Part shown: positions 31,021 through 40,138 of the stretch, piece after piece
How the letters are laid out: each line of letters begins with the position of its first letter
Position numbering within the stretch: position 1 is the stretch's first letter
Source: an uncultured cyanobacterium
Lineage (GTDB): Bacteria > Cyanobacteriota > Cyanobacteriia > CAKZMO01
Direction: 5' to 3'
Length of the DNA: 64,000 nucleotides
Assembly (NCBI GenBank): GCA_963719515.1
Contig: CAVRCJ010000003.1
Coordinates: forward strand, 352,001 to 416,000
The notes under the pieces: model-generated
What the model was told of the DNA's origin: nothing
Database searches by the model: none
What the model saw: only the letters and a program-made list of their open reading frames with translations
Position numbers and translations under genes: made by a program

Positions 31021-31391
31021 CAGCAAGCTGTACAGCGCGGGCTTCCTCAGTGACTCCCAGCTATTGCCGAGACATATCCTGAGATAGGTTTATACTCCGC
31101 CTGATGCCCCACGGCAGAGTTTTGAATTTTCATCTCCGCGAGGGAGGATACGCACTATGTGTCGCAGATACATTTGCAAACTGAGGAACGGGTGACTTGC
31201 AGCTTTCGCCTACGGGCCCGTCACACTCTTTGCGGGGTGTATCACCTTGCTATCTCTATCATACCAACTGCTAGCCTCAGCGCTGAGCGCACTATCGGCT
31301 GTGCATCATTTTGCGGGCGCACTTCGGCTAGCGCGACTCTCATCCCGACGCACACCCTGACGGGTAGAGCGCGGGGCTTCCTGTCTAGTAG
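31000..31391 (-). mobile_element. Non-autonomous miniature IS200/IS605 derivative (internally deleted tnpB element)
   Basis: Same end hairpins as the 8739-10181 element; right end TCAC; left end abuts TTTAG; residual 28-aa ORF at 31047-31133. Confidence 0.75.
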
Positions 31392-31721
31392 CTAAATCCT
31401 CTCGCTCTGATTCGCTTAGAAACGATTGGCACTGCTGCTTGTTGTGGCACTAGCCTAGCTCCACCACCTGCTCTTAAACAGTAGCTCTATTTTCGTCAAG
31501 CAATACTAGCGATCGCCCGCAATAATCTACGCTCGGCTTCAAATACTATCTCTATTTGGGCTTATACCTACGGAAAGATGGCTGCTTCAGCGCTTTGCCG
31601 CTATTTTGACGGTATAGCAGGTTAGTAGAACAAAAGACCTCTTTTGAGCTTGAATACCTCCGATCAAATAGCCACGCAGTACTGCGGCATGCCCAACTAA
31701 CCTTGTGCAAAGAGTTTCTCT

Positions 31722-32804
31722 GTGAAAATAGCAATTATTTCTCATTCTCACTACCCTATCAAACAGCCTTTTGCGGGGGGCTTAGAAGCTCACACCGACA
31801 GCCTCACAAGGCAACTGCAGCGAGCAGGTCACGAGGTTACATTGTTCTCGGCTCTCGGCTCTGACAAAAGCCTGCCTTTCGTCCCTTTCTTCAGACCAAC
31901 AGCGATTGAGATCTTTAGATCCGACGGAGAAATCGTTTCGTATCGAGAGAGACGGTATGTCTCGCTGATGCGCTTTTTGAAGCGCGGCGACTATGATTTG
32001 GTTCACAACAACAGCCTGCATTACGCCCCTCTAAAATTAGCCTTCTCCTTGCCCATTCCAATGGTAACGGTGCTGCACACCCCGCCATTTGGTAGCCTCA
32101 TCGAAGGCTTTAAAGCGAGCGTTTCAGCCCTCAATCATCACGTCATTGCTATTTCAAGATCTGTTGCCCAATCTTGGCAGAGCGCCGTGCCCCAGCTAAA
32201 GCCGCACCTGATTTACAACGGCGTAGATACCAATCATTGGCTACCGGCCAGCAAGCAGCAAAACTATGCGATTTGGTTTGGCCGCATCACGCCTGAGAAG
32301 GGAACGCATTTGGCGATTCAGGCTGCAAAGCTAGCGGGCGTTCAGCTCAAGATTTGTGGGCCAATCCATAAGCCTGACTACTTTTTAAAAGAGGTCAAGC
32401 CATTGCTCAGCAACCAGGCAGTCTACCTAGGAAATTTGAGCGCTGACGAACTCGCCAGCCAAGTCGCTCAGGCCAGCGCCTTTGTCTGCACGCCCTGCTG
32501 GGATGAACCGTTTGGCTTAGTTGCCGCCGAAGCCCTGTCCAGCGGCACCCCCGTCGCCGGGTTTAACCGGGGTGCCCTGTCAGAAGTTGTGACCCCGGAA
32601 ACGGGCGTTTTGGTGGCTGAAAACGCTGAGGCGCTGGCTTGGGCTATCAGACAAGCGCAGCAGCTCTCCCGAGAACGCTGTCGTCAACGCGCAATCGAAC
32701 AGTTCTCAATAGCCACCATGGTTCAAAGCTACACCCGGCTCTATCAAACCCTAGTCAGCGATCGCCTCCAGCCTATACCTGCCGCGCTGCCCTTGGTGTC
32801 ATGA
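31722..32804 (+). CDS. Glycosyltransferase family 4
   Basis: PFAGGLE, FGRITPEKG, WDEPFGLVAAEALSSGTPV. Confidence 0.9.
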   Translation: MKIAIISHSHYPIKQPFAGGLEAHTDSLTRQLQRAGHEVTLFSALGSDKSLPFVPFFRPTAIEIFRSDGEIVSYRERRYVSLMRFLKRGDYDLVHNNSLHYAPLKLAFSLPIPMVTVLHTPPFGSLIEGFKASVSALNHHVIAISRSVAQSWQSAVPQLKPHLIYNGVDTNHWLPASKQQNYAIWFGRITPEKGTHLAIQAAKLAGVQLKICGPIHKPDYFLKEVKPLLSNQAVYLGNLSADELASQVAQASAFVCTPCWDEPFGLVAAEALSSGTPVAGFNRGALSEVVTPETGVLVAENAEALAWAIRQAQQLSRERCRQRAIEQFSIATMVQSYTRLYQTLVSDRLQPIPAALPLVS

Positions 32805-33859
32805 CCAGTCATTCGATCCTTTACGTTGTCAACGCCGATGGGTCTGGGCATACCCGCCGCGCCGAAGCAATTTTGCAGCATCTCGACGTTCCGGTGGTAG
32901 TGGCGTCAGAAAATCCGGGCCTGTTTAAGGGGCTCAGCCCCCATACGCTCGTTTGCCGCATTCCCCCGCTTCGGTTAGACGGCGATCGCCAGCTTGCTGA
33001 CGATGCCCTACATGTCCCCTACGGCAGCGATCGCGCCTACTTGGACCGGGTGCAGACTATGGTGGAGCTGTGCGATCGCCATCGCTGTTCCCTAGCGGTA
33101 ATTGATGTCTGTGCCGAAACCGCGATGCTGATGCGGCTGTGCGGCATCCCTTACCTCTACATGCGAATGAACGGTAGGCGCGACGATGCGGCCCATTTTC
33201 AAAGCTATCGCGCTGCAGCGGGATTAATCGCCAGCTACCCGCAGCCCTTTGAAGAAGATTGGGTACCCAGCTGGATGCGGGAAAAGACCTGCTACGTCGG
33301 CGGCATTTCAACTCAACCGCCACCGAAGTCACTAGCGCCGGTTTCCCAAACGCCCTACGTGCTGATCATGCGCGGTAAAGGCGTGAGCCAGCTGACACCG
33401 GCAGCGATCGCCTCAGCATCAGCGCTGGTGTCAGACTATCGATGGATTGGGATTGGCTTCGACCAAGCGCAGAGGGGAGACAACTTCGAAATCCTGCCCT
33501 ACGTCGCCGATTCTGAGCGCTATGTGCAGCAGGCCGCGATCGTGATTGCGAACACCGGCAACAACAGCGTTTTAGAGATTGGCCACGAGGCCAAACCGTT
33601 CATCACGGCTCCCGAATGGCGCTTTTTTGAAGAACAGACCACAAAGGCAGCTCAGCTAGCCAAGCATAATCTAGCCGTCGTTTTGACGGAATGGCCCCAA
33701 ACGGGGGAGGCTTGGCAGGCGGTGTTGACGCAGGCTAATCGTTTAGATAGCAACGCCTGGCCAAAGATATTGTCTACGGATGGCGCAGAGCGGGCGGCAA
33801 ACTACATCTCGGAGCAGTTTGCCCTAGTTTCACCGCGATCGGTGTCTTCAGCGGCTTGA
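32801..33859 (+). CDS. GT-B glycosyltransferase (GT28 C-terminal-like)
   Basis: GSGHTRRA, IANTGNNSVLE, PEWRFFEEQ; ATGA overlap with the upstream gene. Confidence 0.75.
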   Translation: MTSHSILYVVNADGSGHTRRAEAILQHLDVPVVVASENPGLFKGLSPHTLVCRIPPLRLDGDRQLADDALHVPYGSDRAYLDRVQTMVELCDRHRCSLAVIDVCAETAMLMRLCGIPYLYMRMNGRRDDAAHFQSYRAAAGLIASYPQPFEEDWVPSWMREKTCYVGGISTQPPPKSLAPVSQTPYVLIMRGKGVSQLTPAAIASASALVSDYRWIGIGFDQAQRGDNFEILPYVADSERYVQQAAIVIANTGNNSVLEIGHEAKPFITAPEWRFFEEQTTKAAQLAKHNLAVVLTEWPQTGEAWQAVLTQANRLDSNAWPKILSTDGAERAANYISEQFALVSPRSVSSAA

Positions 33860-33920
33860 TGGTTTCAGCGTTGACGATGTAGGACTATGCGTTTTAAGTG
33901 GACAGGGCGGCGTCATGTCC

Positions 33921-34793
33921 CTACCGCACAGATTGACGGGCCGCCGCGATCGCCTCATCTGTAGGTTCTGCCACAACGCGAATGGTGGATGCGGTCTGGG
34001 ACCACTCGATATACCCGGCTTCGACAAACTGCTGCAGCCATTTTTCCATCGGCCACCACTGTCGCTTGCGATAGAAAACGGCGGCATTGCGCAGGACGTC
34101 GTGAAAATGCTGCAGCGGCGGCGCATATTGGTCGTGGTATTGGTGAAAGGCGGTTCCGCCCCCGAGCCAAGCCACGCGAACGCCTTTCTCCTGGGCTGAA
34201 AACGCAAAATCAGTGTCTTCTGCGCCGTAGCCCTGAAACCGCTCGTCGAAGCCGCCGATCTGCTCCCAAACCGATCGCCGTAGCCCAAAGTTGAGTGACC
34301 AAAACAGGTGATAGTCGCGGGTGGGCTGCAGGGTGCCCGCTTCAGGGTAGGTTCGGGCGGGATGGGGGCGACCCTGCCGCCTCAAGTCGGCGGCGTCCCA
34401 GCCGTCGGGTAGGGGCGCAGGCAGATAGTAAACGCCCCCCATCGCAATGGCGTTAGGAGCCGCTTCAAACGCAGGGTGGTAATCCGCCACGAGACGGGCC
34501 GCCGGAATGCAGTCGACATCTAAAAAAATGAGGCGATCGCCAGCGGCGGTTTGTGCGCCTTGATTGCGCGCCTGCGCTAAGGGCAGCTTCGTTGCTGAAG
34601 TGTGGACTTCGGTTGTGACATAGTGTCCTGTGAAAAAATCTGGGGGCGGCTGTGCCGTCTCGTTCATGTGAACGACTACGGTTTCAATGTCAAAGCCCTC
34701 CGGCGGCGGGCTCAGCCGCTGCACCCCCAGAAGGAGATGGCGCAAATGGCGCGTCCGATTTTTGATCAGCACAATAATAGAGATTTTTTCCAT
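33921..34793 (-). CDS. Glycosyltransferase family 2
   Basis: LAQARNQGA, IFLDVDC, GGFDERFQGYGAEDTDF. Confidence 0.9.
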   Translation of the reverse strand: MEKISIIVLIKNRTRHLRHLLLGVQRLSPPPEGFDIETVVVHMNETAQPPPDFFTGHYVTTEVHTSATKLPLAQARNQGAQTAAGDRLIFLDVDCIPAARLVADYHPAFEAAPNAIAMGGVYYLPAPLPDGWDAADLRRQGRPHPARTYPEAGTLQPTRDYHLFWSLNFGLRRSVWEQIGGFDERFQGYGAEDTDFAFSAQEKGVRVAWLGGGTAFHQYHDQYAPPLQHFHDVLRNAAVFYRKRQWWPMEKWLQQFVEAGYIEWSQTASTIRVVAEPTDEAIAAARQSVR

Positions 34794-34807
34794 GTCCCTT
34801 GCCGAGC

Positions 34808-34913
34808 TATAGCGAATGTCCTGATGCATTAGGACATTTGCGCGCTCAGTTGCCGACACAATGTCAGGCGTTCAGCCGATTCTGGTGTCCTAAGCAACTG
34901 AACCAATGCAATA
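34808..34913. repeat. ~105-bp dispersed MITE-like repeat, copy 1
   Basis: Closely similar to 59456-59561; internal inverted repeats (TTAGGACA/TGTCCTAA, TCAGTTG/CAACTGA). Confidence 0.8.
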
Positions 34914-35052
34914 AGTGCCGAGCTGCTATCGATGAACGGCGATCCTGAACACTGGCCCCCAAGCACTGGCCCTCTCTCCTACTTCGATGCCATTACAATA
35001 CTCCTCTATCCTTCCTCTGGATACCCTTTCGCCATACTGAGAATTGCTGGTC

Positions 35053-35760
35053 TCAAAACAGCCCTTGAGCGCGCCGAGACGGCTCTCGGTAGGTCAAGAG
35101 AGACACCGCAACGAATACAACGAACCCCAAAAGAGGACTCAAGAGCGTCGGCAAACCATCGAAATCGGAGCTGAATATATCGTTGGGAATGTAGAGCAGG
35201 GCGTTATTTAGGCCAAACGCCGTTGGCCTCATCACAAACAGAACTAGACGCGTGGCTGAGCCGACGAGCATACAGGCGATCGCCCCTGCCTGTGTTGCCT
35301 TTGGCCAAAATAGTCCTCCGGCCAAGGGGACTAGCAACCCGGCAAATCCTAAATGAACTTCTCAATCGCAGCAAGCTGCGGAGTATCACTTTGCTATGCC
35401 TCACACACTTCGTGGCTCGGCTTCGCTCAACAGCGCCCTATCGAGCGCTGTTCTCTAGACCGCAGCAAGCTGCGGGGTATGTGACCCAGAGAACTAGATC
35501 AAACGCCAGCAGCAGCAATAGCCCATTTTATTAAGAGGTTTGGCAAAGAAAAGCCCGGTCAACAGCAGGCAAAGCGCTAGGCCAAGGGGGAGAGAAGCCC
35601 CTGCCCAAAACCCAAACTCGGCCGCTAAGTCTGTGTTGCCAAAGGTGGCATTTGAATCTACGGACTGCGCCATGAGCGTCGTTGCCGCTAGCGGCAGTGC
35701 GAGTCGACGTCCTGCAACGAGATAGTTGACGCTACTCTCTTTAATTTTATCGGTTGCAAG
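35053..35760 (-). pseudogene. Sodium:solute symporter pseudogene (5' and 3' ends only)
   Basis: NYLVAGRRLALPLAATTLMAQSVDSNATFGNTDL (N-terminus) and LVPLAGGLFWPKAT..GLPTLLSPL (C-terminus); middle is missing and an IS-derived element lies between. Confidence 0.8.
35353..35497 (-). mobile_element. Palindrome-associated miniature IS200/IS605 element (PATE-like)
   Basis: Two copies of CGCAGCAAGCTGCGG(A/G)GTAT hairpin; on the minus strand it is preceded by TTGAT and ends TTCA(T). Confidence 0.65.
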
Positions 35761-36023
35761 CAAACCAACCCCGACATTAGCTGTTTCTGAAGCTGTAAAG
35801 TCTGTTTTTTGTAGTAAGAAAATGGTTTTAAATAAAGATACCTGTTCTCGACTACACCCTTCTAAATTCAAGCAGATTTTGCGGCCCACATCAAAATAGC
35901 AGGTGCTAGGTTTGCATGTCTACGATTAAAAATGGGTCAAGAAAAGAGTTTTGAAACTCTTTGTAACCACACCTATTGTATGAAGTTCTAAGGCTGTTTT
36001 AGCCGATCTCTCTGGTTACCGAG

Positions 36024-36311
36024 CTACGAGATGAATTCGAGCAGCAACACTGATGGCTCTTTCAAGTCTCGGTAGCTTTTTGCTTTAGCCTCAATCGCCT
36101 GCCGCTGCCCTATGGCCCGACCGCAGGGAAACCCATACTTCTTTTGCACTCGATCGCTCGCAATGCTTAAAGCCTCCCGCGATCGCTCGACAAAGTCTTC
36201 TAGGCCATAGGCTTCCCCCGCCGTTAGGTAGTCCTGCACCACCAAAGACGGCGAGTAGCACAGCTCTTGAGAGCCGTCGGGCCACTGAATCTTGAACTGA
36301 ATTTCAGGCAT
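36024..36311 (-). CDS. MSMEG_0570 family nitrogen starvation response protein
   Basis: MPEIQFKIQWPDG..CYSPSLVV..ASDRV..KYGFPC; Nit1C context. Confidence 0.9.
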   Translation of the reverse strand: MPEIQFKIQWPDGSQELCYSPSLVVQDYLTAGEAYGLEDFVERSREALSIASDRVQKKYGFPCGRAIGQRQAIEAKAKSYRDLKEPSVLLLEFIS

Positions 36312-36314
36312 AGG

Positions 36315-37457
36315 TCATCCCACGGTTGCAGTTACAGTAGAGCTAGCACAAAGCCGCTCGTATTCCCTCACGTGCTGGTGAGCGCAGCGCTCCCAGGTGT
36401 AGCGGTCCAAAATAGGTTGGCTTTGGCGCACCATCGCCGCCGCGATCGCGGGGTCAAGCGATCGCACCATCGCCGCCGCGATCGCCGCCGGGTCCAGCGG
36501 GTTGGCGAGGCAGGCTTGCTGGGGGGACAGAAACTCTGTGAAGGGCGGTTGGTCAGACGCCACAACGGGCAGCCCGGAGGCGATCGCCTCCAGCACGACC
36601 AATCCCCAGCCCTCTTTGAGGGAGGGAAACGCGAACGCATCGGCGCACCGATACAGGGCGGGCAGGCTTTCGCCCGGCACTACCCCCGGCAGCACGAGCG
36701 CCTCCCGCAAGTCTAGAGCCTCCGCAACGGCAAAAAACTCATCGCGGTAGGCCTGATAGTCAAACAGCGTAGCTCCGCCGACGATCATCAGCTGGGCCGT
36801 GGGGTGATGGCGATGCACCTGGGCAAAGGCCTGCAGCAGGCGAATAGAATTTTTGCGAGGCTCAATGCCGCCAACGGTGAGGAACACCGGGCCGCTCAGC
36901 CCATAGCGCGATCGCAGCTGCGCCTCCTCGCCGCTGATCTGCGGAGTAAATCGCTGCCGGTCCACGCCGTTGACCACTCGCCCCGCCTCAATGCCGTACT
37001 CGGCCTGCAGGGTCACTCGCCAGCGATCGCTCACCACTAAGCAGCGGTCTGGCCTGTAGATAGAGCGCTCTTGGCACTGCTGGAGATAAGGGCTTTCGAA
37101 GGCCTCGACGTGGTGGACAGTGCGCAGAATGGGGGAGACACCCGCCTGGGCTAGGGCGTTAGCGCCGATGCAGTCCTGGGCGTGGTAGAGGTCGTATTGG
37201 CCTGCGGTGGATTCTAGAGCGGCGACAAATTCCGCAATCCGCTGGCGAATTAGACCATCGATGTCGGCGGGGGCGGGCTGGGCAGGAATGAGCCGAACCC
37301 TGCAGGGGAGCGATCGCTCGAAGCTGGTGCCTTTGTCCAAGGCGTAGATGCAGACCTGGTGGCCAAGCTGGGTGAGGGCGGCGGCCAGCTCTAGGGTATG
37401 GACGACGCTGCCCCTAGGCTTAGTGGAGTAGGTGAGTAGGGCGATGCGGAAGGGCAT
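36315..37457 (-). CDS. MSMEG_0565 family glycosyltransferase (GT4)
   Basis: LTYSTKPRGSVVHTLELA, HAQDCI, GGIEPRKN, EGWGLVVLEA. Confidence 0.9.
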   Translation of the reverse strand: MPFRIALLTYSTKPRGSVVHTLELAAALTQLGHQVCIYALDKGTSFERSLPCRVRLIPAQPAPADIDGLIRQRIAEFVAALESTAGQYDLYHAQDCIGANALAQAGVSPILRTVHHVEAFESPYLQQCQERSIYRPDRCLVVSDRWRVTLQAEYGIEAGRVVNGVDRQRFTPQISGEEAQLRSRYGLSGPVFLTVGGIEPRKNSIRLLQAFAQVHRHHPTAQLMIVGGATLFDYQAYRDEFFAVAEALDLREALVLPGVVPGESLPALYRCADAFAFPSLKEGWGLVVLEAIASGLPVVASDQPPFTEFLSPQQACLANPLDPAAIAAAMVRSLDPAIAAAMVRQSQPILDRYTWERCAHQHVREYERLCASSTVTATVG

Positions 37458-37473
37458 AGGGATATTTTTGGGA

Positions 37474-38460
37474 TTATTGAGCGCGATCGCCATCCGGGGC
37501 GAAAAATCCGGTTAGCGCCTGCTGCCGGAAGTTCCAAAACGGCCTCGACTCCTGGCCTAGGGTGAGAGTCAAAGCGCGATCGCCCGTCACCCGACCCACC
37601 ACGTCGCAGGTCAAATCTCTGGACCGAAAGAGGGCCTGCACTTGAGCCGCCCGCTCAGGTCGCACGCTGAGCAAAAAGCCATAGCTGGGAAAGCTCAGCA
37701 GCCACCGCGTCAGCGGCACTTCCCTAGGGCGAGGCACCGCGCCTAGGTCTAAGGTGGCCCCAGCGCCAGAGGTCTCCAGCAGCATGAGCAGCGTCCCCAC
37801 CAGTCCGCCCATGCTGATGTCTTTGCCTGCGTCGCACCAGCCGCGCTCCGCGAGGGCGGGCAGCAGGGCTAAGTTGGCTTGCAGTGTTGGCCCCTCCTTG
37901 TGGGTCGCTGCGTTCCAAAATGGGTAGCTAAGGTGGGGCTTCCCGTCTAAGTCTACGGCCATCAGCAGGACGTCGCCCGGCTGGGCGTTAAAGCTGGTGA
38001 TTAGGGATGTGGCCTGCCCCAGAATGGCTACGGCTAGGGCATCGTGAGGGCTGTGATGATTGGAATGTCCCCCCACGATGGGTACGCCAAAAGCGTGGGA
38101 GGCCGCCATCATCCCCTCCCAGAGCGGTGCGGCACCCTGGGCGTCTTGGCTCCACAGGGCATCCACCACCGCCAAAGGTCGGCCCCCCATGGCGTAGATA
38201 TCGCTGACGTTGACCATCACGGCGCACCAGCCCGCAAACCAGGGCTCGCTTTGGACAAGCTGCGGCCAGAGCCCCTCGGCGGCGAGCAGCAGGTAGCCAT
38301 TGCCTTGGGGAATCGCGGCGCAGTCGTCCCCCAGAGCGATGGGCGCTTGCGTCTGGGGATGGGGAACCCACTGCCCCAGCTGACGGGCCGCCACCTGAAT
38401 ATCCTGCTTGTGCTTAAGGCTGACGGCCTGCTGCAGCTCTGCGACAATCTGTGCCAGCAT
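37474..38460 (-). CDS. Sll0787 family AIR synthase-like protein
   Basis: LGDDCAAI, VNVSDIYAMGGRP, IVGGH, KDISMGG. Confidence 0.9.
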   Translation of the reverse strand: MLAQIVAELQQAVSLKHKQDIQVAARQLGQWVPHPQTQAPIALGDDCAAIPQGNGYLLLAAEGLWPQLVQSEPWFAGWCAVMVNVSDIYAMGGRPLAVVDALWSQDAQGAAPLWEGMMAASHAFGVPIVGGHSNHHSPHDALAVAILGQATSLITSFNAQPGDVLLMAVDLDGKPHLSYPFWNAATHKEGPTLQANLALLPALAERGWCDAGKDISMGGLVGTLLMLLETSGAGATLDLGAVPRPREVPLTRWLLSFPSYGFLLSVRPERAAQVQALFRSRDLTCDVVGRVTGDRALTLTLGQESRPFWNFRQQALTGFFAPDGDRAQ

Positions 38461-39002
38461 TACGAGGCCTGCCGGGCCCCACCGTCCGACGCAGCACCAT
38501 AGCCCGGCAGCTCAAACCGCGCCTCCCTACAGGGGGGGTAGGCCTCTAAATCCGCCTCCATTAGATGATGGGGACGGCCCTGAATCTCTAGCGTTTCCAG
38601 CGACTGCCAGTGCAGGCGGCGGAAAAAGCGCACGTTTTGCAGCTGCACGGTGGCCAAAAAGCGATCGCAGCCCCAGGCATTGGCGGTAGAAACGGCTTTG
38701 ACGATCAGGCCTTTGCCAATACGGCCCGCGCGCCGATAGTCCACATGCACCCCCAGCCGCCCGCCGTACCACTGACGCGGCTCGGTTTCGTAGATGCGCA
38801 CCACGCCGACGACGGTGGGCAGAGCCAGCAGGGGGGAGTCGGTCTGGAGCGCCACAATGGGGTAAGCCGTTGCGTCTGTCTCGTCCAGGTCGCTGCCCTC
38901 GAACAAATTCTGCTCGTGGCAAAAGATAGTCTCTCTCAGGGCGTAGTAGGCGCGAAGATTCCTGGGCGATCGCGCCAGCTCAAAGCGATAGCGGTGGGCC
39001 AT
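38460..39002 (-). CDS. MSMEG_0567/Sll0786 family GNAT acetyltransferase
   Basis: VGVVRI..WYGGRLGV..AVSTANAWGCDRFLATVQ. Confidence 0.88.
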   Translation of the reverse strand: MAHRYRFELARSPRNLRAYYALRETIFCHEQNLFEGSDLDETDATAYPIVALQTDSPLLALPTVVGVVRIYETEPRQWYGGRLGVHVDYRRAGRIGKGLIVKAVSTANAWGCDRFLATVQLQNVRFFRRLHWQSLETLEIQGRPHHLMEADLEAYPPCREARFELPGYGAASDGGARQAS

Positions 39003-39029
39003 AGCGTTCTCCTTGATGGCTTGGATGTC

Positions 39030-40124
39030 CTACTCAAACAGGGAAAGCGCCGAGCAAGCCCCGCATTTGCCGCAGCCCGCCTTCATCTCAGCAGAAGACA
39101 TCCCGGCGCGGCGCAGCTTTTCCCCCACCGCCTGATACACCGTGGTCATAAAGGCCTGCGAGGGGGCCGGGTGGTGCTCTAGCGGCGTCCCCGTAATGGG
39201 GACAAACGGCACCACAAAGGGATAGACCCCCGCGTCAATTAGGCGATCGCAGGTGGATATTAGGGTCTCGGCGCTGTCCCCCAGCCCCGCCAGCAGGTAA
39301 GTGCTCACCTGCCCCCAGCCAAAGACCTTAACGGCGGCGGCAAAGGCCTCAAAATACCGCGAAACCGGGATCTCTGCCTTACCCGGCATGATTCTAGCCC
39401 GCACCGCTGGCTCCACGACCTCCAGGTGCATCCCCAAGCTATCGATGCCCGCCGCCTTCATGCGGTCAAACCAGACAAAGTCGTCTGGCGGTTCGCACTG
39501 GGCCTGGATCGGTAGGTTAACGCGGTCCTTGACCGCCTGCGCGCAGGCGGCGAGGTGGGCGGCCCCTCGGTCAGGGGTGCTGGGGGTTCCGGTGGTCATC
39601 ACCATGTGGCGCACCCCATCCAAGGCAACGGCGGCGGCGGCGACCTCAGCGAGCTGCTCGGGGTGCTTGCGGGCCACGGTGCGCCCGGCGGTGAGGGAGT
39701 TTTCAATGGCGCAAAACTGACAGGCGGTGTCGGGGTCGCGGTAGCGCATGCACATCTGCAGCACGGTGGTCGCCAGCACATCGCGGCTGTGGAGCAGGGC
39801 AATTTTTGAGTAGGGGGTGCCGTCGGTGGTGGTGAGGTCGTAGAACTTAGGGCGCGGCGGGAAGGCGATCGCCGCCTCTAAAGCTGCGTCGTCGTGCTGC
39901 AGCGCCATGCTTTGGTCGCGGGTCGTCTGGGCGGCCTGCACCTGGTAAGGCGACTGGCTCGCAGTCCCCGTATAGATGGGAACCATCACCGTCGTGCCGT
40001 CAATGGTGATGGCCTTATGGTCAGACGGCCCCGCCCCGCCCTTGCGGCCCTCAGCGCCAGCCGAGGCATCCGCTACCCGCAGCCCCTGGGACTGTAGGTC
40101 GGTGATCAATTGCTGCTTATTCAT
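39030..40124 (-). CDS. MSMEG_0568 family radical SAM protein
   Basis: GGAGPSDH, expanded CMRYRDPDTACQFC cluster motif, C-terminal CGKCGAC. Confidence 0.92.
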   Translation of the reverse strand: MNKQQLITDLQSQGLRVADASAGAEGRKGGAGPSDHKAITIDGTTVMVPIYTGTASQSPYQVQAAQTTRDQSMALQHDDAALEAAIAFPPRPKFYDLTTTDGTPYSKIALLHSRDVLATTVLQMCMRYRDPDTACQFCAIENSLTAGRTVARKHPEQLAEVAAAAVALDGVRHMVMTTGTPSTPDRGAAHLAACAQAVKDRVNLPIQAQCEPPDDFVWFDRMKAAGIDSLGMHLEVVEPAVRARIMPGKAEIPVSRYFEAFAAAVKVFGWGQVSTYLLAGLGDSAETLISTCDRLIDAGVYPFVVPFVPITGTPLEHHPAPSQAFMTTVYQAVGEKLRRAGMSSAEMKAGCGKCGACSALSLFE

Positions 40125-40138
40125 AAAGGATGTTAAAT

